A DNA stretch of 64,000 bases, taken from IMG/VR virus record IMGVR_UViG_3300017752_000005; one strand, written 5' to 3'. The position numbers and the translations under genes were made by a program. This DNA comes from an uncultured virus (IMG/VR IMGVR_UViG_3300017752_000005). Lineage: Duplodnaviria > Heunggongvirae > Uroviricota > Caudoviricetes. The notes beneath the pieces are model-generated. The model did not search any database, was not told where the DNA came from, and saw nothing but the letters and a program-made list of their open reading frames with translations. Below, in pieces: positions 37,101-46,344 of this stretch. Position 1 is the first letter of the stretch. Every line of letters starts with the position of its first letter.

Positions 37101-39913
37101 AAACCATTTGGTTCATCTCTTGTGTTTGTAACAGCAAGTCCCGAAGGATTGGACTTATTGACAAGTCTTTTGTCATTTGAAATACGAACTTGACTTTTTG
37201 AAATGCCAGTTCCAGAAGTCTCTCTTGAGATGGCTTCTCCCAATGGATTAGCAAAATTTGGTATAAATCCTGCGGCTTTGGCAGCAATAGGGAAATTTTT
37301 CCTACCCTTCAGATCAAAACTTTTACCTGTGGTTTCCTTAACAATTTTTCTTGCAAAACTATTTAAGTTTGTAGGGGAAGCAGAAGACTTAAATTCACCC
37401 AAAGCAAATGGTTTAATACCAAACAAAGCAAAAATATCAGGATTAAGACCTTCACTGTCAGTAGACCTTAAATCAAAATCGCCTTGCTCTTTAGTGATAT
37501 CTATTTCCTTTACTCCTAACGCTGTAGCTACACCAGCTTCAAAAGCCGCGCCTACAGCCCCTCCAATAGCGCCAAGTCCACCCTTTTGTTCCTCAAGTCT
37601 TTTTTTAACGCTCTCTTTTGATGGTTTAGTGGATGGTCCTTTTAGAACTTTAGCAAATTTTGTTGCTTTTTCTACCATACTACCTTTGATAGCTTCTTCC
37701 AAATCAGCCGCTTCTGGATCTTGAACTTTACCTACATTCCTTGGCAAAATTGGTCCTCGCACATTAACGCCCTTCATGTCAAAGAAGATTTTTCCTGTAG
37801 GAGTGGTAAAATGACCCCTTTTTGGAGGTGACTGCTTCGCGCCTATCTTTGGAATTAAAAATCCAAATTGAGAAGCGTTAATATTTATTCTATTGCTTTC
37901 AGAACCTAATGGAGTTTTTCCAGCTTTTTTTCTTTCGAGGGCTTTTTTTGCGTTTGGAAAATTTGATGATAAAGCTTTTAATCGTGTGTCTGAAAGCTTC
38001 TCAAGTTCTTCAACTGTAGTAGATTCATCAACCCTTGGTTGATTGGATGGCGCGCCTCTTCTCTTAAAATTAGGCACAAATCCCTTTGCATAATTAGGAA
38101 TAACAGCAGAATCCCCGTTTCTACCAAAATTGGGAATCTCAGTTTCCTGAGAGTTCATAACAAATTTCCGACCACCAATAGTGCCTTGAGAAAGCTTTGG
38201 CCTAACAGCGCCTCTCGCTCCAAGAGAACGTGCTTCGGCAACTTCCATAGCTCCTTCAATCGGCATAAAGCCCGAAGCCCTGCCCCTACCCCCTTTGCCA
38301 GAAAAACCCTTTCCAGCACCGAAGCCAGTTATACCGGCTCTAGCCGCTCCTGACGCTAATTGAGCAATAATAGCCTGTTGCTGTCTAAGTAAAGCGTTTT
38401 CCTTTTCAATAGCCTGAATAATAAGCCGTTCTTTTTGAGCTTGAGTAACAGTTGTGCTGGCAATTTTATTTCTAAGTGCTTCATCTTGACCAAGAAGTTG
38501 AACAATTCCAGCTTCAATATTTTTAACTCTTTCTTGTCCAGAACCAAGTCTAAGAAGGTCTTGAAATCCTTCTTTAGCAAATCTAGCCACAATCTTAAAT
38601 ATGTTCAAAAACGCTGTTGTAACTAAGATAACACCCGGACCTGATATAAAACTAGATATACCTTGAAAGAAGCCTTTTATAAATTTATTGCCAGAATCTT
38701 CGTCCAAAGAACTACTTAAAAAATCAGTAAATTTTGTGGCTAAACTTGTTAAATCAGTTAAAATAGGAGATAATGTAATCTGTCCAATTTTCTCAGCAAG
38801 ATTTGTAGCGCCGACTACTAATGCATTAATTTGAGCAGAAAGACTTTTATTCAGAGATTCATTTTTACTAAAAGCTTCATTAGAAGCTGCGGCTGATTTT
38901 GAGGCAGCATCGGCAAATATGGAAGTCTCACTAGATAAGTCTTTTAGGGCAGCAGAAACAACGTTAATCTGAAAAACGCCACCAGCCAATTCTTTAATTT
39001 TACTAGCAACATTTGGATCACCAACTTTTTCTAAAGCTAATGAGAGGGCTTGAAGCTTTTGAACTCCAGATTGAGAAGCGTCAATTTCAACTCCAAGTTG
39101 TTGTAGTTCTGAGATAGTGGTTCCTCTGCTAAGTCTAGTAAAAATAGATTTGAAGGCGTTACCAATAACAGCACCGCCACGCGCAGTTTTCTGTTGAACA
39201 GCAGTTATCAATCCAAGAAGCTCATCAAAAGAAACGCCAGCATCTTCAGCGGTAGAACCAGCACGTTGGAATCCTTCGGCGAGGTCTTTTGCTGAAACCG
39301 CAAACGCTGTATCAACCGCAATAATTTTATTAACTACTGATTCTGCGGTTAATCCCGCAGAAGTGAAACCGTTAAGTGCAGCAGTTAAAGAGTTAACAGA
39401 AGAAACAGCATCAAGACCAGAAACCCTTGTAAGGATCAGAGAGGCGTTTAGACGCTTCGCCGTCTCTTCTGCACTAAGACCCTGACGAGCAAGTTCAGCC
39501 GCACCATCAGCCACTACAGCGAAAGACTGACCAGTATTCTTGGCTACTTCAAAAATTGATTTTCTAAAAGAAGCGAATTGCTTTTCGGTAGCTCCAAAAA
39601 TAGAGTTAATTTCAATTAATCTCTTTTCTACGTCAATTGTGCTTGCTACTAAAGCTTTAAATGATTGGCTTATACCATTAATGACTGCTGCTGTAGCTCC
39701 AAACGCAAAAACACGCGCAGTAGCAGCATCCATTGATTTTCTAAATTCACTAGCTTGACCAGTAATTCGACCCAAAGAATTGCTAAATTGCGATACATTC
39801 TTAGAATTTAAATTAATATTATTAAAGGCTGATTGAACAGTCCTTTGAGCCGATTTGACACTCGGCTGATTAATCTTCAGATTGGCATTGATTGTTGTGG
39901 AGGCGCTTGCCAT
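34199..39913 (-). CDS. Tail tape measure protein (TP901-like core) with internal cassette domains
   Basis: 1904 aa; AAELARQG, TARGGAVIGNAFKSIFTRL core; hydrophobic segments; Ala/Gly/Leu-rich helical C-terminal half. Confidence 0.9.
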   Translation of the reverse strand: MASASTTINANLKINQPSVKSAQRTVQSAFNNINLNSKNVSQFSNSLGRITGQASEFRKSMDAATARVFAFGATAAVINGISQSFKALVASTIDVEKRLIEINSIFGATEKQFASFRKSIFEVAKNTGQSFAVVADGAAELARQGLSAEETAKRLNASLILTRVSGLDAVSSVNSLTAALNGFTSAGLTAESVVNKIIAVDTAFAVSAKDLAEGFQRAGSTAEDAGVSFDELLGLITAVQQKTARGGAVIGNAFKSIFTRLSRGTTISELQQLGVEIDASQSGVQKLQALSLALEKVGDPNVASKIKELAGGVFQINVVSAALKDLSSETSIFADAASKSAAASNEAFSKNESLNKSLSAQINALVVGATNLAEKIGQITLSPILTDLTSLATKFTDFLSSSLDEDSGNKFIKGFFQGISSFISGPGVILVTTAFLNIFKIVARFAKEGFQDLLRLGSGQERVKNIEAGIVQLLGQDEALRNKIASTTVTQAQKERLIIQAIEKENALLRQQQAIIAQLASGAARAGITGFGAGKGFSGKGGRGRASGFMPIEGAMEVAEARSLGARGAVRPKLSQGTIGGRKFVMNSQETEIPNFGRNGDSAVIPNYAKGFVPNFKRRGAPSNQPRVDESTTVEELEKLSDTRLKALSSNFPNAKKALERKKAGKTPLGSESNRININASQFGFLIPKIGAKQSPPKRGHFTTPTGKIFFDMKGVNVRGPILPRNVGKVQDPEAADLEEAIKGSMVEKATKFAKVLKGPSTKPSKESVKKRLEEQKGGLGAIGGAVGAAFEAGVATALGVKEIDITKEQGDFDLRSTDSEGLNPDIFALFGIKPFALGEFKSSASPTNLNSFARKIVKETTGKSFDLKGRKNFPIAAKAAGFIPNFANPLGEAISRETSGTGISKSQVRISNDKRLVNKSNPSGLAVTNTRDEPNGLKDVFASGFVPNFAPKPQGSGSNASVGAALGLGLSFLSPVLTELIGANTEAAITSKQLSKEIEKLEQVLSKLDNETEKVKIEKLTEKIEKLKKSQQIASKAAQDFNNQLILGVNSVSAFATVIALLPHKFKLASLGIAAVVASLLLAQKLNRDQRAAFLEKQGKIGPESSNDLQVIREFNKNLLVSDNSSVLDKILAAIRLIDPTEIIIANEAKTNNDPFLQASKELNERIDSIQREELGGTGAFADVVGLNNRFKLLSSRIQELSGNVESAGGVFVSAFQSVSEGKRFFDDNVFGGIDSQIQLAQKASKLDTTLGDDPSASKKRASIEDQRTANINVATKDLDKTFLDVRGSIQSVSDKQAASAGLSSSFDTLNLDPRKDIQNILNSLVATVASSEKVADAMEGTSINDGTTPELFKVRDIIEGFADTLSGNEFFGDTKIPANLLSPDFIRKELINTFSKESIGGFAPTKNVDNGGISFFIDSAVDALKKIGGEETQAIVDSNKEANNAVDTMLKIVEKQESGKLTSEDMEAFLSAKDVLFDFGALTEDTLQEFDSDIASFFGKVDTANTAAIIENKKITIDELKTRKNLNDELIKTIQTNFGENLKNTEDFVLEKGGLGEFEGREIKAFSSDFFKFLKDRGLEDRKAEEAIALIGGDTIDQFAASIKQGSGTELDKQIDLLSLGVDKTFTANQQKQLGLVGENFSLDEFKKLSDFATDEDSGISDPARGIIQTALGDVAKLDTALDNITDKESLVNVQELFDTAFDSLGAIDSEGNEGLVGAVVAGITRLFVKQEGLEDASSTALATNLTEAQELDNAFLKASADAEKQEPLRAGEKASDVSSQRLQFDTTPKEGLGEGLKVGDVLQGAALEIKAFAKKINDEANALGIDVIGEEIGTVANDLKTLGEAGQTAANALSELGGGEDGQENPLTQAQAALQEAMSALTETIIAEKDKLEGIDRIKPK

Positions 39914-39921
39914 ACACCTAA

Positions 39922-39927
39922 TTACAC
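39922..39927 (-). promoter_or_regulatory. GTGTAA motif (putative late promoter), 8 nt before the tape measure ATG
   Basis: One of 12 gene-proximal copies. Confidence 0.65.
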
Positions 39928-39936
39928 ATAATTACC

Positions 39937-40785
39937 TCATAATTTGTCTTCTGGTTTCATTTTTTCTAATCCACCTTTACTTTGAACAAAATTCCTAGTT
40001 TTAAAATCTTTCTTTTCCTTGGACTTATCTTCTGGTTTAAAATAATAAAGAGCTAAAGGATCTTTAACAATCGACTCTGGAATCTCCAGATTTTTAAGTT
40101 TAGAAGAAAGTATATTTGCATAAAATAATAAATCTTTTTGAAAAATAGTAATATTTTTCAAGGGATCTGGAAATATCTCCAGAGGGGATTCAGACATATA
40201 GACCAAATCAAAAAAGTAAGAGGTATATGATGCTTTTATTAAGCTTTCTTTATTAGAAAGTTTTGAGTAGCAATGAATATAATCCCATAAAATTTGTTTT
40301 GAAAAACCTCCAGTGAGGTTTTTTTTCTTGCCCTTTTTTATATAATAACAATCTCTCTGGCAGAATATTACATGGGATCTTGATAGAGAATAATTTTCTA
40401 ATGATGTATTTATTATTTTTGAGCGACCTTTATTAAGGTGATTCAATTCTTGCTTATATCCATCTAGAGTTTTTTCATTATGTTTAATCAGATTTGGATC
40501 TGATAGTTTTAATATAGAGGTTTCGCTCTTTTCTATTAGCCATTTTAGGTCTTTGATTTTATCTTCATTTTCTTCAGACCAAGAATGAGATCGAATGGCA
40601 GTTTGTATCAATTGTTCTTCGGATTTGATTCCTTTTTTTGCACCATCTTTTTTGCAGTCCTCTATTATTTGAAAGTCTTTTAACTTTTCTTTTACAGTTG
40701 GGTGCTTAAAAAAAATGGTTTCGCCACTATATTCAAGTGGCGAAACCCCTTCTAAAATTTCAGAAATTATATTTTCTTGACTCAC
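39937..40785 (-). CDS. Putative tail assembly chaperone
   Basis: Between tail tube and tape measure genes; GTG start overlaps the upstream stop. Confidence 0.5.
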   Translation of the reverse strand: MSQENIISEILEGVSPLEYSGETIFFKHPTVKEKLKDFQIIEDCKKDGAKKGIKSEEQLIQTAIRSHSWSEENEDKIKDLKWLIEKSETSILKLSDPNLIKHNEKTLDGYKQELNHLNKGRSKIINTSLENYSLSRSHVIFCQRDCYYIKKGKKKNLTGGFSKQILWDYIHCYSKLSNKESLIKASYTSYFFDLVYMSESPLEIFPDPLKNITIFQKDLLFYANILSSKLKNLEIPESIVKDPLALYYFKPEDKSKEKKDFKTRNFVQSKGGLEKMKPEDKL

Positions 40786-41639
40786 TTCTCTGAAGTGGTT
40801 TTCTTCTTAGATGTCTTCTTCTTGCTTGCCTTCTTTTTTTTTGGCTCCTCATCTTTATCTAAATCTATATCTTCTTTAGCTTCTTCGCTAGATAACTCGC
40901 CATCTAATTCTTGCTCTGGAAAGTATTCTTTTAAAGCTTTTTCTATTGTCTTTTGATCTGTAGCTAACTGCTTATACCAAAGACTTAAAACCTTATTTAT
41001 TGTAGGTAGAGCTTCTACTATAAGTTTTTTTCGATCAGTCAATTCTTCATCATCTTGTTCGTCAATCTCTTCCAAGAACAAGTTAAATTGTCTATGCCTC
41101 TCGTCAAAATTAGAACCTTCGAAAAGCTCAAATTTTTGTTCTATGATCTTATTTGCTTCCTTTGAAAAAACTTTTTCATGGTAAAAAGAGCATTCTAATG
41201 TAAACCATTTCATTAAATGCTGCTCTGATTTGGCATCAGCACTTTGATTATACATTTGTTCTAAATTATAATCTTTTTCTAGAATTTGTTTTTGAAGAGA
41301 CAAATAATCTTCTTCTGCGATGCGAAGCTGTTCTTTCTGCTCTTCATCTAAATCTTCATCTTCAGCGCCTTTGTAAAACTGAATAGTTTTGCCAACCTCC
41401 ATTAGTCTTTTGACTGAATCGGATATTTCATTGGTTCTTTTTTCCGAAAACAATCCACCAATGTCATTGAACTTTTTGTCCATCATGGCTCTGCTCATAA
41501 AACCATCTTGGATCAATTTATTAAAATGCTGCCCATAAATAAATTCAGCAGCTTCTACTTGAGCGTATGTAGGTTTAGATACAGCGACCTTTTTTTGTTT
41601 TTCGCCCTCTCCTACATTAAAAGTGTAAAGTGGTTTCAT
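40782..41639 (-). CDS. Putative tail assembly chaperone
   Basis: Helical acidic ORF with Lys-rich tail, in the canonical chaperone position. Confidence 0.5.
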   Translation of the reverse strand: MKPLYTFNVGEGEKQKKVAVSKPTYAQVEAAEFIYGQHFNKLIQDGFMSRAMMDKKFNDIGGLFSEKRTNEISDSVKRLMEVGKTIQFYKGAEDEDLDEEQKEQLRIAEEDYLSLQKQILEKDYNLEQMYNQSADAKSEQHLMKWFTLECSFYHEKVFSKEANKIIEQKFELFEGSNFDERHRQFNLFLEEIDEQDDEELTDRKKLIVEALPTINKVLSLWYKQLATDQKTIEKALKEYFPEQELDGELSSEEAKEDIDLDKDEEPKKKKASKKKTSKKKTTSEK

Positions 41640-41645
41640 CGTATA

Positions 41646-41674
41646 ATTATAATTGATTTTTTAAGAAAAATCAA
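41646..41674 (-). promoter_or_regulatory. sigma70-like promoter TTGATT-N17-TATAAT, 6 nt before ATG 41639, overlapped by a 10-bp inverted repeat
   Basis: Read directly; ATTGATTTTT-taag-AAAAATCAAT at 41652-41675. Confidence 0.65.
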
Positions 41675-42168
41675 TCTAAATACCCTAGATAATGACCTTC
41701 AGAAGAAGCAAGGTAGGTAGAGCCGCTATCTCTTATGACATTAGAAGAACCAGTCTCTTTTACTATTTCAAAGAAAAGATTATTCTGATTATCGTGATCT
41801 TCAAAACGAATCGTTTGAAGAAATCCAGTTTGACCATTAATATTATTAGAAATTAGATTGCCATTTAGAAAATAAGAGAACCTAGCTTCGCCTGTATGGT
41901 CCATTAGCAAATTACCAGAGGTGCTTTGATCCCCATAAAAATAATTACCAGAAATATTAAAAAGCTGGTTTTGTCTATATCCACCAACGAATTCACCTTC
42001 TTGATCGAATATAAAACCTTCTGATCCAGAGAAGGATATAGCTGGATAAAAGTCGGGATCTCCTGATCTTCCTATCTGAAACAGAAAGCCACTTTCGGGG
42101 GCGCTTACTTGAATATCAGCAGAAAAAACTAAACTTCTATTATGATAACCTATAGATTTGGTTTTCAT
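41671..42168 (-). CDS. Putative virion protein, S/T-G rich
   Basis: About 9 SG/TG in 165 aa; GTGTAA at 42179-42184. Confidence 0.6.
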   Translation of the reverse strand: MKTKSIGYHNRSLVFSADIQVSAPESGFLFQIGRSGDPDFYPAISFSGSEGFIFDQEGEFVGGYRQNQLFNISGNYFYGDQSTSGNLLMDHTGEARFSYFLNGNLISNNINGQTGFLQTIRFEDHDNQNNLFFEIVKETGSSNVIRDSGSTYLASSEGHYLGYLD

Positions 42169-42184
42169 GTATTATATATTACAC

Positions 42185-42211
42185 AAAAAAGGCGGGGAAA
42201 CCCCCGCCTTT
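42185..42211 (-). terminator. Intrinsic terminator after the major tail gene
   Basis: Minus strand AAAGGCGGGGGTTTCCCCGCCTTTTTT: GC stem plus U tract, followed directly by GTGTAA. Confidence 0.85.
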
Positions 42212-42241
42212 GATGCTATGAACAATACTAAGGTATAAATC

Positions 42242-43438
42242 TTATCCAGCAAGACCACTAACCAGAGTTGGGTTGATTGGGCTTCCACCAGCCAAGTCGT
42301 AGCTTCCTGTCATAAAGAAACCATCAGTAGTGGTGGTCGCTCCACCAATCTGAGCGGAAAATTGAAGGTCAACAGTCTCGTTACCTTCAAGGTCTTGACT
42401 AAAGCTTTGACTGTCAAGCACTGCCTGTTTAAGTTGATATCCCAAACGAAGAGTTGTGCCATCACAACGGTCGAAGAGCTTAACATTAATGTTTCTTTTC
42501 TCTTGACCACCACAACCAGTAAGAAGCGTAGCAAGCTCACCATCTTTAAGGTCTGCTGCAATAGCGTTAACGGAAAGTGTCACATCAATTGGGAAACCCA
42601 AAGGACGAGAGTAAGCTCTTTCGTTACCAAGTCTTTCCAGAGTTTCGCGAGCCAATGGGACAGAGATAGAAACGCTCTGAGGGTGAAATTCAGCCAAGTC
42701 AGCACCACCCATACCAAGAGGAGTTTCATCTTGAAGGCTAAGTTGAATTTGACCATGACGAAGAACGTCAACAAAGCTTTCACCAGTTGTAGGAATAGGG
42801 AGAGCGGCTTGACCAGAATCGGCTCTTGTAGCGTCAGTTAGACCAATCGAAGGATTAGCAAGACCAGAGCTTGCTCCTGTGTAAAAAACGAGGTTATTAG
42901 CTTCAAAACTAACGTCTGCTCTTGGAATATCACCAACACTAAGTTCGACTGCGTAATCAGAGATGAATGCATTACCAAGACCGACAACATCATGTTCTGA
43001 ACGATCTGACCAAGACTCAGAAGCAAAAGCATCTTTACCTTCTCCGACTGTGCAGATAAAAACATTTCGCTCTTTGTGATCGTCTGATTCGGTCAAGAAA
43101 CCAGAAATTCCTTGAACGTTACCAGCAAAAGCTCCTTGAAGAGATTCTTTGATTTCAAAACCAAGGTGATGCTCATTTTCTCCATCGGTCAAGAGATAAC
43201 CAACGGAAGCAGTAGCATTAAGATCAGAATCAACAAGTGTTCCAATTCGTGCAAGCTTACCGAATTCACGGATATCTTGTCTTGAACCAGCAATATCCAC
43301 TTCAAATGAAAGGTTGTCAATTCTGTGTAGTTGAGTTGCTTCTACGCCAGAAGGTTTAGCACCATCAGATGATGCAAGAAGACCAGTTTTGGTGACGTAA
43401 ACAGCTTTACTTTGTGAAAGAACGCGAGATCGTGCCAT
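42242..43438 (-). CDS. Major tail (tube) protein
   Basis: 398 aa, beta-rich, LERLG..R..FP.DVTLSV; biased codon usage; own upstream motif and terminator. Confidence 0.7.
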   Translation of the reverse strand: MARSRVLSQSKAVYVTKTGLLASSDGAKPSGVEATQLHRIDNLSFEVDIAGSRQDIREFGKLARIGTLVDSDLNATASVGYLLTDGENEHHLGFEIKESLQGAFAGNVQGISGFLTESDDHKERNVFICTVGEGKDAFASESWSDRSEHDVVGLGNAFISDYAVELSVGDIPRADVSFEANNLVFYTGASSGLANPSIGLTDATRADSGQAALPIPTTGESFVDVLRHGQIQLSLQDETPLGMGGADLAEFHPQSVSISVPLARETLERLGNERAYSRPLGFPIDVTLSVNAIAADLKDGELATLLTGCGGQEKRNINVKLFDRCDGTTLRLGYQLKQAVLDSQSFSQDLEGNETVDLQFSAQIGGATTTTDGFFMTGSYDLAGGSPINPTLVSGLAG

Positions 43439-43477
43439 AATATTTTAAAATTAGTTCTACCGACAATTACACGAATT

Positions 43478-44341
43478 TTAGACTCTAGGGTATCGGTAAG
43501 TGGACAAATCAAAGTCCAAAAAGCCAATATAAATATTTTTTTCTATTTTTTCTGAATTAAAGGAGTTCTTTGTTTTGGAAGACTTTACTTCTTTAACATA
43601 TGTTTTACCAGAAAGGCTTGAAACGTGGTCTTCATAACAGTAAGGGTAATCCTTAATTGAATAGAAGTGACCAAATGGTGAGTTTTCAAAAGGCACATGA
43701 GTAATACATCTTTCGTTTGTATCAGAGAATAATCCCACGATACCATCTAGTAAGTAATTATCTGTAGCTAATATAGTTACTCTAATTCTTGTAATTGATT
43801 CATCCTGTCCACCAAAAGTAAAGTCTTCATTTTCATTATTAACCAAACGAATAAAACAAGCTGGTAAAATATAAGTTTTTTCGTCTAGCTTACTGTCTTT
43901 AGAGAAAAGGTATGTTTCAGTTAAATCAGATGCATCTACAAAATCACTAGCAACAAGTAATTGCTCTTCGTCATCACTAGACACATAAGTGTTAACTTCT
44001 TTAATAGTATTGTTTGCTGTAATATTAAGACCAGTTCCACTAGCAGCGGGAACAATAACCCTTCCTCCGTTGTAATCTATGTAAACGTCAGAGCTATCTC
44101 CCGATACAAAAGATCCGTCAATAAATATTCCAGAGTTAGGTTGATCTACACAATGATCAGCAACAAGCTGTCTAAACTGACCCTGATAGCCTAAATGAGA
44201 ATTAGGAACATCTGGAAAGTCCACATACTTAAAGGTATTACTTTGATTTGTTTTATAAGCCTTAGACTTATCGCCAAGAAGCTCCCTTTCAAACCAAAGA
44301 TAGAAAGAATTAAGTAAGTTATGGGCAAATTGAGTTTTCAT
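43478..44341 (-). CDS. Putative tail completion/terminator protein
   Basis: LPACFI and C-terminal GFLDFDL..R; between neck and tail tube genes. Confidence 0.55.
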   Translation of the reverse strand: MKTQFAHNLLNSFYLWFERELLGDKSKAYKTNQSNTFKYVDFPDVPNSHLGYQGQFRQLVADHCVDQPNSGIFIDGSFVSGDSSDVYIDYNGGRVIVPAASGTGLNITANNTIKEVNTYVSSDDEEQLLVASDFVDASDLTETYLFSKDSKLDEKTYILPACFIRLVNNENEDFTFGGQDESITRIRVTILATDNYLLDGIVGLFSDTNERCITHVPFENSPFGHFYSIKDYPYCYEDHVSSLSGKTYVKEVKSSKTKNSFNSEKIEKNIYIGFLDFDLSTYRYPRV

Positions 44342-44934
44342 TTTGAAAGTCGCTTGTAGAAATTATTTAACATTTTAGAAATATAACTTGTATTTTGAAA
44401 TCTGCCGCCTTTTGAATTAGTTACTTGAATAGCCGTTCCCGAACGAGAAGATTTTAGATTAGACCCTTTAAATATATATCTGCCTAAACCAGATATGCCC
44501 TTTTCTATACCATCAAGCCAACTCCTTCCAACGCTCCACGGTATAGGTGTGCTTTCTTCAAGTTCTTGTTTAGTAGCCGCATCAACTTCTACTTTGAAAC
44601 GACCAAAACTACCTTTTGAAACTTTAGATTTTATTGGCTTCGCCAGTCTTGCTTTTACAACAGCAGTTGGATTATCACCTCTATTAAAACCGATAAAAGA
44701 AAAAAGATTTCCTTTCCCGCCCAAAGTCCCAGATGAGTTGGTTGCATTAGGACCATTATCAATCTCTTGTGTTATAGGGTGATTTTCATACTCTCTTACA
44801 AGATCATCCTGAGATTTTTTAATCTTTTTGTCTACTTCTGTTTTTACAATATTCGACGTAACCTTTAGATTTCTACCCGCACTAAGTTCTCCTAAAAGTT
44901 TTCTTTGATCAATATGGACAGTTGTTTTAGCCAT
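44338..44934 (-). CDS. Putative neck/tail-completion protein (basic)
   Basis: Position in head-tail block; GNLFSFIGF, SWLDGIEKGISGLG. Confidence 0.5.
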   Translation of the reverse strand: MAKTTVHIDQRKLLGELSAGRNLKVTSNIVKTEVDKKIKKSQDDLVREYENHPITQEIDNGPNATNSSGTLGGKGNLFSFIGFNRGDNPTAVVKARLAKPIKSKVSKGSFGRFKVEVDAATKQELEESTPIPWSVGRSWLDGIEKGISGLGRYIFKGSNLKSSRSGTAIQVTNSKGGRFQNTSYISKMLNNFYKRLSK

Positions 44935-45367
44935 CACGTTTTAAATAAATCTTCCAATATGGATTATTGAAAGGCCCAATAACTTCTGCGTCTGATACTA
45001 GAGAGTATCTTTCATCATCTACTTCTATTACTGAAGCATTCTTGATTAATTCTTTTGCGTCGTAATTTACTTTAATACGAACTACATTTTCCGAAGAACC
45101 AGCGCCGATGTCCTCAATAAATTCATTGTCTTTTTGACTATCATAAAATACCCTAGCTTCTACCGTATGCTTAGTCAGCTTTTTATCTTTAGCTGTCTTT
45201 GCTTGATTGAAAGACCTACCATAAATAGGATTGAATTGAGTATCTGAAAAATCAACAGAAGTAACTTCTTCTACATAAACAAATATATTTTTTTTAAAAG
45301 TGTCGTGAACATCGTCCAAGATACTTTCAATCGCGCTTTTTTCGCTATCGTTAAATATTGATGCCAT
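44927..45367 (-). CDS. Putative head closure (stopper) protein
   Basis: 146-aa beta-barrel-like ORF (IEVDDERY, YWKIYLKR) after the adaptor gene. Confidence 0.55.
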   Translation of the reverse strand: MASIFNDSEKSAIESILDDVHDTFKKNIFVYVEEVTSVDFSDTQFNPIYGRSFNQAKTAKDKKLTKHTVEARVFYDSQKDNEFIEDIGAGSSENVVRIKVNYDAKELIKNASVIEVDDERYSLVSDAEVIGPFNNPYWKIYLKRDG

Positions 45368-45867
45368 TAGTGATCGTGATTAAAACAGTTATATTCGGTA
45401 TCTGCAAGTCCTTCGGCACTGTCAACTCCAATTGGCGAAGACTTCTGCATATTGTATTGAAACAAAAGATCCTCAAGATTACCGCGAGCAGCAGCAGCGA
45501 ATTCTGAAAAGGTTCTAGAAATTTGGTGCTTACTTACCTTTTGAATTGTAGTGTCACCCTCCTTTACCATAGTAACGCTATCTGCATTACCCTCACCCCA
45601 TATAATGCCCCTCAGAGCCTCTCTAGCTGCTCTTTCGTAGTATTCTTCTTCGTATAAGGATTTAAAGATATCCTTTTCTACTGGCATTAGACCGCTTGGC
45701 CCAATACCTCCAGTTTCATTAATGAAGAAATCTTCGTGAGTTAAACCGTTAAGTTCACCAATGTGCGTTTCTAGCCAACCCGAAACAAAAGAAACGGGAA
45801 ACCTTCCCGTATCGTCTGGAAAAGAGTATGTAACGATGTCTTCTGCAAGAGACTGTAAATCATTCAT
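45367..45867 (-). CDS. Putative head-tail adaptor protein
   Basis: Helical ORF with VKEGDTTIQK hairpin; GTGTAA at 45879-45884. Confidence 0.55.
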   Translation of the reverse strand: MNDLQSLAEDIVTYSFPDDTGRFPVSFVSGWLETHIGELNGLTHEDFFINETGGIGPSGLMPVEKDIFKSLYEEEYYERAAREALRGIIWGEGNADSVTMVKEGDTTIQKVSKHQISRTFSEFAAAARGNLEDLLFQYNMQKSSPIGVDSAEGLADTEYNCFNHDH

Positions 45868-45896
45868 ATCTCTTACAGTTACACTTTTTAAGTAGT

Positions 45897-46253
45897 TCAG
45901 AGAAGGTGTTTAATTTTTTTATACTCTTCACTGCTAGGGTCAATATCGTTACTGGTAGCACCTTGAATCATTCTAGACTTAGAGATGAAATCATCAAAAT
46001 TATCAACAAGACGTTCTGTTAGCTGTGTATTGTTATTGACAGGAGTAATCCCAACTCTAATAGCCAGTTTATGCTTCTCGTCCAAGTCCATTTCTTCCAA
46101 TCTTTCAATGAATGTAGCTTTGCTCAAAGTCTGGTAAGGATTCATCTTACCCATATCAAGCAACTGCTCCAATTCTGCCTGACTTCTTTCTTTAGGCTGA
46201 TTGGTTTCGCGATCTTTACCATCTGAAAAGTCAAATTCCTCTTGTTTTTCCAT
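45897..46253 (-). CDS. Hypothetical protein
   Basis: 118-aa ORF; TATAAT 5 nt before ATG. Confidence 0.7.
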   Translation of the reverse strand: MEKQEEFDFSDGKDRETNQPKERSQAELEQLLDMGKMNPYQTLSKATFIERLEEMDLDEKHKLAIRVGITPVNNNTQLTERLVDNFDDFISKSRMIQGATSNDIDPSSEEYKKIKHLL

Positions 46254-46289
46254 ACCCTATTATATTATTTTTAATGATTAATTTAAAGC

Positions 46290-46327
46290 AAAAAAGCACG
46301 ACCCGATTAACGAGTCGTGCTTTTTTT
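46290..46327. terminator. Intrinsic (bidirectional) terminator after the major capsid gene
   Basis: A6-GCACGACCCG-attaa-CGAGTCGTGC-T7. Confidence 0.85.
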
Positions 46328-46344
46328 AATTCAACAAGTCCTTA

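Noticed and set aside
34548..39758. Plus-strand ORFs up to 282 aa antisense to the tape measure gene
   Set aside because: Ser/Leu/Phe-rich antisense shadows with no independent evidence.
40786..40845. Slippery A-AAA-AAG near the end of the first chaperone-position gene, suggesting a lambda G/GT-type -1 frameshift
   Set aside because: The downstream gene is in the -1 frame, but that frame reaches TAA (GAC ATC TAA) before the second ORF begins, so no fusion results from this site.
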